Shown: positions 18,659 through 28,977, numbered from the stretch's first letter. The stretch is 64,000 nt of DNA from an uncultured Akkermansia sp. (GCA_964523105.1 CAZFZN010000003.1:251707-315706), one strand, 5' to 3'. A program made the numbers and translations. Notes: a model not told the origin generated them from the sequence alone.

Positions 18659-20497
18659 TTATTCAGCCATCGCGGCATCCAGTCCCGCCAAACACAGCAG
18701 GCGCGGCGTGATGCCGGAAACGAGAAACTTGTCCCAGCGTCGCGCGCGGCTGACGTATTTGGCGATGTCGAAGCGCCCGCGCAGATAGCCGGAGCCGGCG
18801 ATGATCTCCAAAATGGCCTCGCGGTTTTCGCGGAGGAATGCCTTGCCATTCCAGCGGAAGCCCTGCTTTTGCTGACGCCATTGCGTCGGCAGCGGTGTCA
18901 GGGCGTCGAAGAGCCGGCGCAGTTCGTGTTTGTTCCACTGCTGCACGAACTTCCGCGCATACCCGCTGCGCGCCCAGGGCAGCAGTCGGTAATCGAGCAG
19001 CGGGCTGCGGCCCTCGATGCCCCACATCATCGAGTTGCGGTCGTTGTGCCAGATCCATTCGCCAAGCTGACCGCCGGGGGAAATGTCGCGGCGCACGGTT
19101 TCATCGTAGCCGGCCTCCATCCCGGCGAGCGGATCGCCGGAATGCGTCGCGCTCCGGTGCAAGCCTAGCGTCATCGCCGCGGGCGACCATCGCTTGCGCC
19201 AGGCTTTGAATTTTCCGCCGCCCAGCAGGCCGCCGCTGAGGCGCTGGAGTTTGGCCTGACGGATGAGGCGCCGGTCGTAGGGATGCGCAAACGAATCCGC
19301 GAGCCATGCGCGGTTGCCCTCCTGCCGCGCACTGCGCAGCGCGGCGGGATAATAGCGCTCCCAGTAGCCGCCGAAAAGCTCGTCGCCGCCCGTACCATCA
19401 AGCACGACGCGCACGTCGCTCTGCTGCGTGATGTTCTCGAACATCTCCGCCATGGCGATGCTGCTGCCGAGAAACGGAAACGGCTTTTCGTGATGCCGGC
19501 ACATGGCCAGCACGCGCTGCAGGGTGTTCTTTCCGTAATCCAGATTCACTACCTGCGCCTTGATGCCGAGCTGCGCGATGCACTTCTGCCCATACGCCGC
19601 ATCCTCCGAACGCCCGGTCTCGCCGATGAAGCAGTGCACCTGCTCCTGCAGCCCCAGCGCGTGCAGCGCGGAGAGGATCAGCGTGCTGTCGATGCCGCCG
19701 GAGAGCAGCAGCCCGACCTCGCGGTCGCTCACCAGACGCAGCCGCACGGCGTCGGTGAATGTTTCGCGCAGCGCCTCGTCGCTGGTGTCTGCGGGAGCGG
19801 ACATGGCGGCCTGGAAATCGAACCACGCGCGCAGTTTCAGCGACCACGCACGCAGATCGAACTCCAGCGCATGACCCGGCGGCACCTGACAAATGCCCTC
19901 CATGTGCGTCCTTTCTCCCGCGCGGGGAAAGGCCGCGCCGTGCGCGAGGTAGTCGTCCACAAAGGCATCGTTGAGCACCGGTTTCCTGCCCAGAATTTTG
20001 TGAATCGCCAGAATGCCCGACGCGATGATGAGGTGGTTCTCATCATGATAGTAGAAGAGCGGTTTCTTTCCGTAGCGGTCGCGCGCCGCGAGCAGGCGGC
20101 CCGTTTCCTCATCCACCATGCTGAACGCCCACATGCCGTTGGCCTTGTGAAGAAAGTCCAGCCCCTGCGCGGCCAGTCCGCGCAGCAGCACTTCTGTGTC
20201 GCCGGTGGTCGTGAACGGTTCGCCGTTTTCCAGGGCCGGGCGCAGGTCGCGGTAGTTGTAAATCTCGCCGTTGAAGACCATGTGCCGGCGCCCGCGAGCG
20301 AATGGCTGATGCGAGCGCGGATCTAAATCGAGAATGGACAGCCGCTGATGCCCCGCCGCGCAGTGAACGCCGGCCACTTCCATGAACGCCGCGCCCGTGT
20401 GATCCGGTCCGCGGTGCTGCATGCAGGCGAGCGCGGCCGCGAAGCGTTCGCGGTCCACCGGCCCGGGCCGCGAAAACACATGGAGAATGGCGCACAT
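18659..20497 (-). CDS. asparagine synthase (glutamine-hydrolysing)-like amidotransferase
   Basis: I moved the start to ATG 20497 so that the protein begins MCAIL, giving the Cys2 nucleophile of class II amidotransferases. The PP-loop LLLSGGIDST is present. The length is about 612 aa. Confidence 0.85.
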   Translation of the reverse strand: MCAILHVFSRPGPVDRERFAAALACMQHRGPDHTGAAFMEVAGVHCAAGHQRLSILDLDPRSHQPFARGRRHMVFNGEIYNYRDLRPALENGEPFTTTGDTEVLLRGLAAQGLDFLHKANGMWAFSMVDEETGRLLAARDRYGKKPLFYYHDENHLIIASGILAIHKILGRKPVLNDAFVDDYLAHGAAFPRAGERTHMEGICQVPPGHALEFDLRAWSLKLRAWFDFQAAMSAPADTSDEALRETFTDAVRLRLVSDREVGLLLSGGIDSTLILSALHALGLQEQVHCFIGETGRSEDAAYGQKCIAQLGIKAQVVNLDYGKNTLQRVLAMCRHHEKPFPFLGSSIAMAEMFENITQQSDVRVVLDGTGGDELFGGYWERYYPAALRSARQEGNRAWLADSFAHPYDRRLIRQAKLQRLSGGLLGGGKFKAWRKRWSPAAMTLGLHRSATHSGDPLAGMEAGYDETVRRDISPGGQLGEWIWHNDRNSMMWGIEGRSPLLDYRLLPWARSGYARKFVQQWNKHELRRLFDALTPLPTQWRQQKQGFRWNGKAFLRENREAILEIIAGSGYLRGRFDIAKYVSRARRWDKFLVSGITPRLLCLAGLDAAMAE

Positions 20498-20554
20498 CCT
20501 CCGCGGGATAAGAATCCCCGTCCGCCTTGGCAAGAGCCTTCTCCGCCGCCGGTG

Positions 20555-20576
20555 CCGTCCGGCAGGTCCCGGACGG
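20555..20576 (-). terminator. candidate hairpin downstream of the LamG gene (no clear U-tract)
   Basis: ccgtccgg-caggtc-ccggacgg forms an 8-bp perfect stem with a 6-nt loop. It lies 44 nt after the stop at 20620 and before the asnB-like start. Confidence 0.3.
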
Positions 20577-20619
20577 ACCTTTCCTGTGTGGGCGCTGCGG
20601 GCTGAGGTCGCCGCGGCGT

Positions 20620-23600
20620 TCAGTTCCGTTCGACTGAAAAGAAGACGCGGCTCAGGCTGCTGAAGGAGGCGGCGGTCGTGTAGGTGGTGGTGTCGCCGCC
20701 GCTCGCGATGTCGTCATTCTCGTCAGCCCACGTGTCCACAGAGCCCGCAAGATCTGTGCTGTAGCGCAGCGTGTAGCTGGCGCCGGGTTTGGAATTCCAT
20801 GTCAGGGTGATGGTGCCGTCAGGATTCACATTCCATGCGGTGACGACGAAGTTGTCCGGCCCGATGATGGCGGCGGAGCCCTGGTCGCGGAGGTTCTTCA
20901 TCTGCTCATCGGTGAGGATGCCGGCATAGACGAAGACGTTGTCGATCGCTCCGTCCCAAGGTTCACTGATGATGTCAGGGCGAATATCGCCCACGGCAAA
21001 GGTCGGAAAGCCGTCACCGAAAGTGCTGGCTTCGTATTGTTTGAACAGCGGATCGGCCGTGGAGGCGGCATCGATGTCGGCGTAGAGTGTGGTCACGGCA
21101 GCCGTCTGATCGTAAGTGGCGGCGATGAACGCCCAGTCGGTGGTGTTTACCGGGCCTGGCGTGCCGCCCATCGGCCCGGCGCCGGTGAACGTGGTGTAGC
21201 GGAAGGCGCCGTTGCGGTTGTCGAGCCCGAGCGACCGGTCCCATGCCCCGTTGTCATGTCCCATGAATTTTGAAAGCGACGAGGCGACCGAGTTTGTGCG
21301 AACCCACGCACCCCATGACATCTGCGGCATCGTGCCGGGATTGACATCCAGCGGCACGATGAGCCGGTCCATGGAGAACTCGAAAGCGCCGGAATTGCCG
21401 AATCCACTGGATGGTCCCCAGAGCGGATCGGTGCCGCCGAGATCGGTAATGTGAAGTCCGTTACCGCTGTCGTCGCGCAGCGGCGCCCCGGAGTCGTCGA
21501 AAGAATAGAAGGCAGCGAGGGCGGCCGGGGGCACGACGACGACGCTGGCATCGAGTGGAATGTTGAAGCCCGGCGAATCGGCATCCGAGCTGGTGATTCC
21601 CAGCGAAGCCGTGAAGTCACCGGCCCCCCCTGGCGCGAGGGCGACGACGATGTCGCCCTCCGTTCCTGGCGGGAGAGTGGCCGGTGCAGAGACGATGCCG
21701 TAGTTTGCCGCGCTGGCGCCGGTGATCGTTGGCGTATTCACAGTGAGCGTGCCTGCGACCCCGGTGTTGCGCACGGTGACACTGCGCTGGATGAGCGCGG
21801 GCACAGCGTTGAAGGTCAGCCGCCCGAACAACGGCGACGCCGCGGTGACTTCGATATTGGGGTCAGTCATCACCGTGGCATTCAGACTGATGGTTGCCTG
21901 AGGCATGTCCTCGTCATTGCTGGAGACTCTCAATTCCGCCGTGAAGCTGCCTCCGGCCGCCGGCGGAGTGAACACAACCTCCACATCGGCGAAGTTACCG
22001 GGCGCAATGGGTCCGGGCAGCGGGGGGGTGACACTGTAGAGTGCCAGGCTGGCCCCGATGGGTTCGATGGCGGTGACGATCAGATTCTGCGTGGCGCCTG
22101 AATTTGAAATGCGGACGAGTCGGGCAACCGGCCCCGGGCCGGGCCCGAGTGCGGTGAGGTCGCCGAACGGGTTCGCCGGACTAACCGTGATGTTCGGGTC
22201 GCCGACGGGCACGTTGCGCAGTTCCAGCAGGCCCCGGTCGCGGATGGCGGTGATTTTGGCCGGTGTCAGGACATCCTTGTAGAGGAAGACCTGGTCGATG
22301 GCGCCGTCCCATGCTTCATTGGCATTGGCGGGACTGATGCCCCCGATGGCCATGGTGCCGTTGCCGCCTCCAAAGCCCGCGAGTTCGGTCACCGCCACCA
22401 GCGGATCCGCCGTCGTCGCGGCGTCGATGTCCACATACATGGTCGTGGTCAGCGTCGTCTGATCGTAAGTGGCGGCGATAAAGGCCCAGTCGGTGGTGTT
22501 GGCGGGTCCCGGCGTGCCTTCCAGCGGGCCGGAACCATTGGCGATGCCGGTGAAGGTGGTGTAGCGGAATGAAGCCGGATTGCGGCTGTCGAGACCGATG
22601 GTGCGGTCCCATGCGCCGTCATCGTGGCCGAGGACCTTGTACTGGCCGGCGACCAGAGTATCCGTGCGCACCCACGCGCCCCAGGTCATTTTCGGCATGA
22701 CGTCAGGATTGATGTTGATGCCCGCGGTCAGGCGGTCGCCGGAGTAGTCGTAAGCACCGGTGCCGTTGAATCCTGCGGATCCGTTCCAGACCGGATCCGT
22801 GCCGGCGGTGCCGGTGATGTGATTCAGATGGGTGCTCTCGTCCTGCTGGGGATTTCCCTCATTGTCGAACGTGTAGAGGCCGATGAGCCGGTTGAAGACA
22901 TAGGCGTTGAGCGGGATGGAAACCGGCGGGGAATCCGGATCATCGCCGGCAATCACCAGGGCGGCGGTGTGGCTTGCGTTGATGCCCCCGGTGTTCAGTG
23001 AAATAACAATATCGTCCTGCGTGCCCGGGGCGAGGGTGGACGGGGCGGAGACAATGGTGAAGTTGCCGGCGTTCACACCGGTGAGGGCCGGCGGATTCAG
23101 TGTGAGGGTGGCGGAACTGCCGGCGTTCCTGACGGTGACACTGCGGGTGACGCTGGCCGGCACGCTGTCGAAGGGAATATCCCCGAAGAGCAGCGGCAGG
23201 GGACGCACGACTTCCATGTGCGGCTCGTTGTAAGTGCCCAGCAGTTCCGGCAGACCGCGGGTGCGAATGCGGTGCATCTTTTCCGGAGGCAGCACTTCAT
23301 CGTAAATGAAAACCTGATCGATCACCCCGTCCCATGCTTCACCGGCTGCGGCGGGGGAAATGCCGCCGATGCCGAAGAATCCGGCAACACCCGCGCCAAA
23401 AGAGGCGGGCTCAGTCACCGCCACCAGCGCGTCGGCGGTGCTCGACGCATCCTGGTCCATGTAAAAGGTCATCGATCCGATGGTCTGGTCATAGCTCGCG
23501 GCGATGAAGGACCAGGTCGTGGTATTGAGCGGCGGCAGGGTGCCCTCCACGGGACCCGTGGCGGCGAGTCCGGTAAATCCGGTGTAGCGGAACGTTCCGG

Positions 23601-24003
23601 CAATGCTGCCGCCGCCGGAATTGGTGTTGCGGTTGTCGAGTCCGATGGTCCGGTCCCACGCGCCGTTGTCATGCCCGAGCACTTTGCGCAGGCCGCTGGC
23701 CACCGTGTCCGTGCGCACCCAGGCGCCCCACGTCATCTTCGGACGCACCGCGGGATTGACGTCGATGGGCACACGGAGCCGGTCCACGGAGTAGTCGTAG
23801 GCACCCGTGCCGTTGAAACCGATGGTGGAGCCATAGACGGGATCGGTTCCGGCACTGTCCACGATATGGTTCGCCGCTCCGCTGGAGTCATTGAACGGAT
23901 TGCCGGAATCGTCGAACGTATAAAGACCGATAAGGCCGGCGCGGGCGGACCCGCCGGTAATCAGGGTGAGGACGCAACAGAGCAGGGCAGTGCGGAGGTT
24001 CAT
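20620..24003 (-). CDS. giant secreted protein with three LamG (Laminin_G_3/concanavalin-like) modules separated by Ig-like (choice-of-anchor-D/HYDIN-like) domains
   Basis: I moved the start to ATG 24003 (MNLRTALLCCVLTLITGGSARA, a signal peptide). Three modules repeat the pattern LIGLYTFDD..GTDPV.G..GFNGTGAYDYS.DRL...INP...P.MTWGAWVRTDT...KVLGHD.GAWDRTIGLD.RN..FRYT.FTG..DWAFIAATYDQT. Their approximate spans are 23245-23937, 22220-22895 and 20880-21525. Confidence 0.8.
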   Translation of the reverse strand: MNLRTALLCCVLTLITGGSARAGLIGLYTFDDSGNPFNDSSGAANHIVDSAGTDPVYGSTIGFNGTGAYDYSVDRLRVPIDVNPAVRPKMTWGAWVRTDTVASGLRKVLGHDNGAWDRTIGLDNRNTNSGGGSIAGTFRYTGFTGLAATGPVEGTLPPLNTTTWSFIAASYDQTIGSMTFYMDQDASSTADALVAVTEPASFGAGVAGFFGIGGISPAAAGEAWDGVIDQVFIYDEVLPPEKMHRIRTRGLPELLGTYNEPHMEVVRPLPLLFGDIPFDSVPASVTRSVTVRNAGSSATLTLNPPALTGVNAGNFTIVSAPSTLAPGTQDDIVISLNTGGINASHTAALVIAGDDPDSPPVSIPLNAYVFNRLIGLYTFDNEGNPQQDESTHLNHITGTAGTDPVWNGSAGFNGTGAYDYSGDRLTAGININPDVMPKMTWGAWVRTDTLVAGQYKVLGHDDGAWDRTIGLDSRNPASFRYTTFTGIANGSGPLEGTPGPANTTDWAFIAATYDQTTLTTTMYVDIDAATTADPLVAVTELAGFGGGNGTMAIGGISPANANEAWDGAIDQVFLYKDVLTPAKITAIRDRGLLELRNVPVGDPNITVSPANPFGDLTALGPGPGPVARLVRISNSGATQNLIVTAIEPIGASLALYSVTPPLPGPIAPGNFADVEVVFTPPAAGGSFTAELRVSSNDEDMPQATISLNATVMTDPNIEVTAASPLFGRLTFNAVPALIQRSVTVRNTGVAGTLTVNTPTITGASAANYGIVSAPATLPPGTEGDIVVALAPGGAGDFTASLGITSSDADSPGFNIPLDASVVVVPPAALAAFYSFDDSGAPLRDDSGNGLHITDLGGTDPLWGPSSGFGNSGAFEFSMDRLIVPLDVNPGTMPQMSWGAWVRTNSVASSLSKFMGHDNGAWDRSLGLDNRNGAFRYTTFTGAGPMGGTPGPVNTTDWAFIAATYDQTAAVTTLYADIDAASTADPLFKQYEASTFGDGFPTFAVGDIRPDIISEPWDGAIDNVFVYAGILTDEQMKNLRDQGSAAIIGPDNFVVTAWNVNPDGTITLTWNSKPGASYTLRYSTDLAGSVDTWADENDDIASGGDTTTYTTAASFSSLSRVFFSVERN

Positions 24004-24062
24004 GAGTTCACGGTGGATTGGAGTGAATGGCAGGCAGAAAAGGACAGGGCGCCGGACGCGGC

Positions 24063-27000
24063 TCACGGAGTCTGCGTCACGTAAAGGCGTAAGAAGGTCC
24101 GGCCCGGCGCCGTGGATGTCAGGCTGCGCCAGCGCCGCGTCATCGTGCCGTCGCCGTGGTCGGTGACGGAAACGAGTTCCACGCCCGCGGGAGACCACGA
24201 CTGCATGTCGCCGGAACTCTCGATGCGCGCGGTGAGGCCGCTGGCGCCGATCAGTTCGCGGACCGCCATGACCGTATAAAGCTCCGCGGCTCCGCCGGTG
24301 GTGAAGGATTCCAGTGTCACCGACGGCAGAAAAGCCGCGGACGGCAAGGTGCGCGCCCCGGTGGCAAAGGCCAGCATCTGGCTGATGCCGTCTTTGTCAG
24401 GGTCGGCGAGAGGATCGGGGTTGGCCTGCGCCGCGAGCCATGAGGCGAGCGTGGTGCGGTCGTCCGCGCCGGGCTGACCGCCGCCGGCCGCGCTGGGCCG
24501 CCAGTTTTCGGGCAGACTCATGCCGGCGTTGTCCGGCGGAGCGCTGGGATTGATGAGCGCCAGGGCTGGCCCGAAGCCGTCCGGCGATTTCGGCCATGCG
24601 CCCGCGTCATTGTAGGTGAAGCGCCACAGGTCTGCGCCCGCGGCATTCACCAGCGCGATGGATTCGCCGTCGTTGTTCAGATTGCCGGCCGCAAACTGGC
24701 CGAAGACCTTCACGCCGGCCCCGTAACGCGCCGCAAACGCCGCGGCATTGTTCACAACGACGCCGCGCTGGCCCGGCGCGAGTTCCGCCACGTCATCGGG
24801 AGCGAACGTGAAACTGATGCCGTCCACGATCTCCAGGCCCGCGAGGCTGATGGAGCGCGTGCCGTAGTTCATCAGTTCGATAAACTCGAACATCCGCGGG
24901 TCGGCAAATCCCGCGCTCACTTCCACCGGCGACGGGCCGGCAGGATTGTAGTGAATCTTCGAGATCACCAGATTCGCCGCTGTGGCCGGCTCCGCGGCGA
25001 CAATGAAGAAGGCCTCCGTGAGGGCCGACCACTCGCCGCCCGCCGAGCGCGTCCGGGCTTTCACGGTCCCGCTTTGCGTCAGGGTGATGCCGCTGTTGGA
25101 AATCTGCGCCTGCAGCGCGACATCGATTCCAAGATCGCTGCTGCCCGCGGTCTCCTGGTGCAGTTCGACGGCCAGCACGTTCACACCGTTCCGCAGCACG
25201 CCGGCGGGAGGCACGTATTCGATCCGCGTCACCGCATCCTCCGGACTCGCGCCGCCGCTGGCGAAACTCGCATAAGTTTGGTTGCCGCCGGCCATGTTGG
25301 TCCGTCCGGCCTCACGCCCGTTGATGTAGAGGATCGCACCGTCGTCGCGGATGACATCGATGAGCAGCTTGCTCACGCGCGTCGCATCGGCCACGGTGAA
25401 AGTCTTGCGGAAGTAGGTCGTGGGATATCGGTTCAGTGGGTCGCCGCCGAATCCGACCGTGGTCCGCATAGTGCGGTTCGTGATGCTGCCATAACCCAGC
25501 ATTGCCTGCCCGGTGCCCCACGCCGTGTCGTCGAAGTCCTCATGCTTCCAGTTGGTCAGGCTGTAAGCGGGATGCCCGGAGACGATTTCACTGTCGCCCA
25601 GTCCGGACGGTGTCGTGAAATACCGCCATCCCGGCGCTTCGAGGGCAAAATAGGATTCCGTCACACTGCCGCCGGCCAGACCGGTGGCCGCAGGATTCAC
25701 CGCGCCGCCGGGCAGCCGCGGATCGGATCCGTCCGTGGTGTAATAAACCGTGCCTGCGGGTGAGTTGGTGAAATTGATCAGCGGCGGATCGATCACCCCG
25801 CCGTGCTGGGTGAATTCGGGCGCATCGGTTGCCGGGTAGAGATTCGCGGCGCGGAACTGTGCGAGCGCGATGGCAGGGCGGTTCGGCATGTAGGAATTCA
25901 GAATGGTGTCGCGTGCCGCGATCCAGTGACTCTTGCGGAAATCGCGCACGCCCTGGCGGGTGTTCGGGTTGTCGCCCCAGCGCGCCGCCTCCGCGTCGAT
26001 CGCGGGCTCGATGTGTGCCGCCATGGCCGAATAGCGGGCGATCATCGTCGCGGAGGTGAGCGGACCGCCGTTGAAGCAGTGTTTGTGCACGCGATCGGCG
26101 AAGAGCAGGCGGAACTCCGCGTTCAGTTTGGCGCGGTCGTAAAACCGCGTCGGCGTCACGGTGGCACTGACCCCGAGCCGGTTGGCGTTGAGGTCGAGCA
26201 GCGTGTACTCCGAGTCCCACGGCACGAATTTGAACCCGCCGTCCGCGCCGTCGCGCCGTCCGAAGGCGTACCAGTTTTTGCCTGGCCAGTCGAGATTCGA
26301 GAGGAACGAATTGGCGATGACATAATCCGCCAGACACGTCATGTCCACATACTGGCGGAGATTGCCGTAGGCGACCGGGTTGGTCATGTCCTGGGCGCTG
26401 ATTGCGAGTGCCTGCTGCCAGCGGTCGGAGGTGCCGCTGACCATTTCGTAGCTGTTGGTCGGGGCGGAGGCGGGGCCTGTCAGGCTCTGATGCTTGAGCG
26501 CATCGTAATCCTCGTCGCGTCCGCCGTAATGACTGGAGGCATAATCGTCGTCAGGGCGCTCCGTGGGATTGTAAATGCCCCAGTAGAGACCGTTGAGGTA
26601 AAGATGCACGAATGTCCCGCGCGAGGCCGGCTGGCCCATGGCGAGATAGGTTTCGCGCATAAACGGATCGCGCAGGTATTGCGCCGGGTGTGCGTTGTCC
26701 ACCCACGCATCGCTGAAGGTGGCCCGCAGATTGATGCGGTCGAATTCCGAAATCTCCCCCTCGCCGAAGAGCGGGAAGTTCAGTTTCCCGGGGCCGTACT
26801 GCTTATTGAAAGTCAGGCGCAGCGACTTCTTCGGAGTGGCTTCGTAATGCCGGCTCCACCCGCCGATCAGCCGCACCGCGCATTCGATCTGAACCTCGCG
26901 CGCCCCGTCCGGCTGGATCCACTCCATGCTGCACTTCCGGTCCGGATTGAACGGCGATTGCGTGAAGACACCGATGCCATTCACGTCGCCAAACGGATTG

Positions 27001-28919
27001 GGCAGGATGCCGTCGTTGCCGAACAAGTCCGCCGGGTCCGCGACGATGGACATCGTCGGCAGGGAGCGGAGTGCCGCGATCATCGCGGGGCGGTTCGCGT
27101 TCACGATGACCGGCTTCATTTCGTAGTCTGCCGGCACCGGCACGCCGGCCGTGCTGCCGTTGGTGCCGGTGAAGACACCCCACGTCGCCGGAAAGCCCGG
27201 CGGATTCGCGGGCTGGTCGATGGATGTCGCCGGAAAAAGATAGGTCTGCGTGTCCACTCCGGTGCTGACCCAGCCGGGGCGGAACGCGATGGCACGCAGC
27301 ACGGTGGTCTTGTTGATCGCCACCGCCGCCGACGGCGTCTGGCCCGCGGCCGGCGTGACCACGGTCCCGTTCGCAGGCGTGGGCTCGGTGCCATTGGTCG
27401 TGTAGGAAATCGAGGCGTCCGGCGTCAGGCTCGTGATGTTCACCGTGATCGGCGCATCGAAGAAACCGCGGTCGATGTCGAATTTCGTGTCCTCCACGAA
27501 TCCGGCCAGGGCCGCGCCGTTGGGCGCTCCTGGCGTGGCCGGCACGAAAAATCCTGGCAGGCCGGTGCCCTCGTCAGTGCCCCAGGAAGCATCCGTCTGC
27601 TGCGGAGGAACGTTAGTGAATTCCGAGACCACCGTGGTGCCGTCCGGCGCCAGCAGCTGCAGCGTTTCGCCGCCGGCGGACAGCTGAAACGTGGTGTGCA
27701 GAAACCCGCCGGCGTCCGTGTAGTTCGCCGCTGCCTGACCCGACGCAAATACGACGAGCCGTGCGTTGCCCGCCAGTGGCACCGCCGGAAAGATCCAGGT
27801 CGTGGTGCTGTCCCGCAGTCCATAGCCGTCGAGCGCGATGCCGAACGCATTCGGATTCCAAATCTCGATCCAGTCGGAGGCATTGCCGTCGCCGTCGTTC
27901 AGCGCCGCGCTGTTCGACGCCATGAATTCCGTGAGGCGCGGCGGGAGCACGGTTTCGTTCACCCCCACCGTTACCTGAGCCGTCACGGAACCGGCGCCGT
28001 TCGCCGCCGTCAATGTGTAGGTTGTCGTGACTCCGGGGCTAACGTTTACGCTGCCGGTCGCACCGCTGATGGCCGGTGCGCCGTGGTTGATTGCGAGGCT
28101 GTCCGCGCGCGAAGTGTTCCATGAGAGCGCCGTGCTTTGCCCGGAAGTGATGTTTCCGGGCAGTGCGGTGAAGGAATTGATCTTCGGCAACTGCACCACG
28201 CCGCCGGCGTCGCGCAGGGCCTTCACTTCCACGGCCGTCAGCACGGTGTCGTAGAGAAAGACATTGTCGATCGCCCCGTCCCACGGCTCGGAATTGATGT
28301 CAGGCCGGATGGCGCCAATGGCGAAGGTATTCCAGCCCGCGCCAAACGCGCCCGCCGCCGTCACCGACACCAGCGGGTCCGCCACTGTGGCGGCGTCGAG
28401 ATCCACATACATTGTCACCTGCTTTGCCGGCTGATCATAACTCGCGGCAATGAACGACCACTGCGAAGTGCTCACCGGCCCTGGCGTGCCGGTGATCAGA
28501 CCGTTGGCGTTCACAGCATCATTTCCGATGAAGGTGGCGTAGCGGAAGGTTCCGCCCGGGTTGCGGTTGTCCAGTCCCAGCGTGCGGTCCCAGCTGCCGT
28601 TGTCGTGGCCGAGCACCTTATAGAGATTGCTCGTCAGAGTGTCTGTCCGCACCCACGCGCCCCATGTCATGCGCGGCAGCGCAGTCGGATTGATGTCCAC
28701 CGGGACGATGAGCCGGTCCCCGGAGAAATCGTAGGCGCCGCTGCCGTTGAAGCCGGTCGTCGCTCCCCACACCGGATTGGTGCCGGCATTCCCGCTGATG
28801 TTGTTGCCATGGCCGCTGGCGTCCAGATAGGGATTGGCAGCATTGTCGAAGTCGAAGTAGGCGATCAGTTCAGCCCGGGCGGCGACGAGCAGGAGGTGGA
28901 GAAGCAGTATGATGCGCAT
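24063..28919 (-). CDS. giant secreted CotH-kinase-family protein with N-terminal LamG module, lamin-tail (LTD) domains and chitobiase/FN3-associated-like domains
   Basis: I moved the start to ATG 28919 (MRIILLLHLLLVAARA, a signal peptide). The LamG module at about 28200-28870 is paralogous to those in 20620..24003. The CotH-like core reads KKSLRLTFNKQYGPGKLNFPLF..INLRATFSD..YLRDPFMRE..VHLYLNGLYWGIYNPTERPDD. An LTD-like segment reads LVISKIHYNP..FEFIELMN. YTTNGTEPT and YYTTDGSDP segments are present. Confidence 0.8.
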   Translation of the reverse strand: MRIILLLHLLLVAARAELIAYFDFDNAANPYLDASGHGNNISGNAGTNPVWGATTGFNGSGAYDFSGDRLIVPVDINPTALPRMTWGAWVRTDTLTSNLYKVLGHDNGSWDRTLGLDNRNPGGTFRYATFIGNDAVNANGLITGTPGPVSTSQWSFIAASYDQPAKQVTMYVDLDAATVADPLVSVTAAGAFGAGWNTFAIGAIRPDINSEPWDGAIDNVFLYDTVLTAVEVKALRDAGGVVQLPKINSFTALPGNITSGQSTALSWNTSRADSLAINHGAPAISGATGSVNVSPGVTTTYTLTAANGAGSVTAQVTVGVNETVLPPRLTEFMASNSAALNDGDGNASDWIEIWNPNAFGIALDGYGLRDSTTTWIFPAVPLAGNARLVVFASGQAAANYTDAGGFLHTTFQLSAGGETLQLLAPDGTTVVSEFTNVPPQQTDASWGTDEGTGLPGFFVPATPGAPNGAALAGFVEDTKFDIDRGFFDAPITVNITSLTPDASISYTTNGTEPTPANGTVVTPAAGQTPSAAVAINKTTVLRAIAFRPGWVSTGVDTQTYLFPATSIDQPANPPGFPATWGVFTGTNGSTAGVPVPADYEMKPVIVNANRPAMIAALRSLPTMSIVADPADLFGNDGILPNPFGDVNGIGVFTQSPFNPDRKCSMEWIQPDGAREVQIECAVRLIGGWSRHYEATPKKSLRLTFNKQYGPGKLNFPLFGEGEISEFDRINLRATFSDAWVDNAHPAQYLRDPFMRETYLAMGQPASRGTFVHLYLNGLYWGIYNPTERPDDDYASSHYGGRDEDYDALKHQSLTGPASAPTNSYEMVSGTSDRWQQALAISAQDMTNPVAYGNLRQYVDMTCLADYVIANSFLSNLDWPGKNWYAFGRRDGADGGFKFVPWDSEYTLLDLNANRLGVSATVTPTRFYDRAKLNAEFRLLFADRVHKHCFNGGPLTSATMIARYSAMAAHIEPAIDAEAARWGDNPNTRQGVRDFRKSHWIAARDTILNSYMPNRPAIALAQFRAANLYPATDAPEFTQHGGVIDPPLINFTNSPAGTVYYTTDGSDPRLPGGAVNPAATGLAGGSVTESYFALEAPGWRYFTTPSGLGDSEIVSGHPAYSLTNWKHEDFDDTAWGTGQAMLGYGSITNRTMRTTVGFGGDPLNRYPTTYFRKTFTVADATRVSKLLIDVIRDDGAILYINGREAGRTNMAGGNQTYASFASGGASPEDAVTRIEYVPPAGVLRNGVNVLAVELHQETAGSSDLGIDVALQAQISNSGITLTQSGTVKARTRSAGGEWSALTEAFFIVAAEPATAANLVISKIHYNPAGPSPVEVSAGFADPRMFEFIELMNYGTRSISLAGLEIVDGISFTFAPDDVAELAPGQRGVVVNNAAAFAARYGAGVKVFGQFAAGNLNNDGESIALVNAAGADLWRFTYNDAGAWPKSPDGFGPALALINPSAPPDNAGMSLPENWRPSAAGGGQPGADDRTTLASWLAAQANPDPLADPDKDGISQMLAFATGARTLPSAAFLPSVTLESFTTGGAAELYTVMAVRELIGASGLTARIESSGDMQSWSPAGVELVSVTDHGDGTMTRRWRSLTSTAPGRTFLRLYVTQTP

Positions 28920-28925
28920 AGGGGA

Positions 28926-28957
28926 TTTTGGCAGAATAATGGGGGCAGAATGATGAT
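28926..28957 (-). repeat. start-proximal leader element, copy 1 (reads ATCATCATTCTGCCCCCATTATTCTGCCAAAA on the minus strand, then TCCCCT-ATG of 24063..28919)
   Basis: Read directly from the sequence. It forms an imperfect inverted repeat with copy 2 about a centre near 28967. Confidence 0.8.
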
Positions 28958-28977
28958 TTGAGAAGACTTCTTCGCTT

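Noticed and set aside
18659-20497. AsnB-like gene as a lasso-peptide cyclase
   Set aside because: There is no adjacent transglutaminase-like protease (B protein), no RiPP recognition element and no short precursor ORF. The N-terminal Cys2 glutaminase domain is intact, as in ordinary AsnB-type amidotransferases.
25803-28124. 773-aa plus-strand ORF, with others such as 24951..25763 and 28137..28961, antisense to the CotH/LamG gene
   Set aside because: These are antisense artefacts of a 4.9-kb high-GC gene. No motifs were found.
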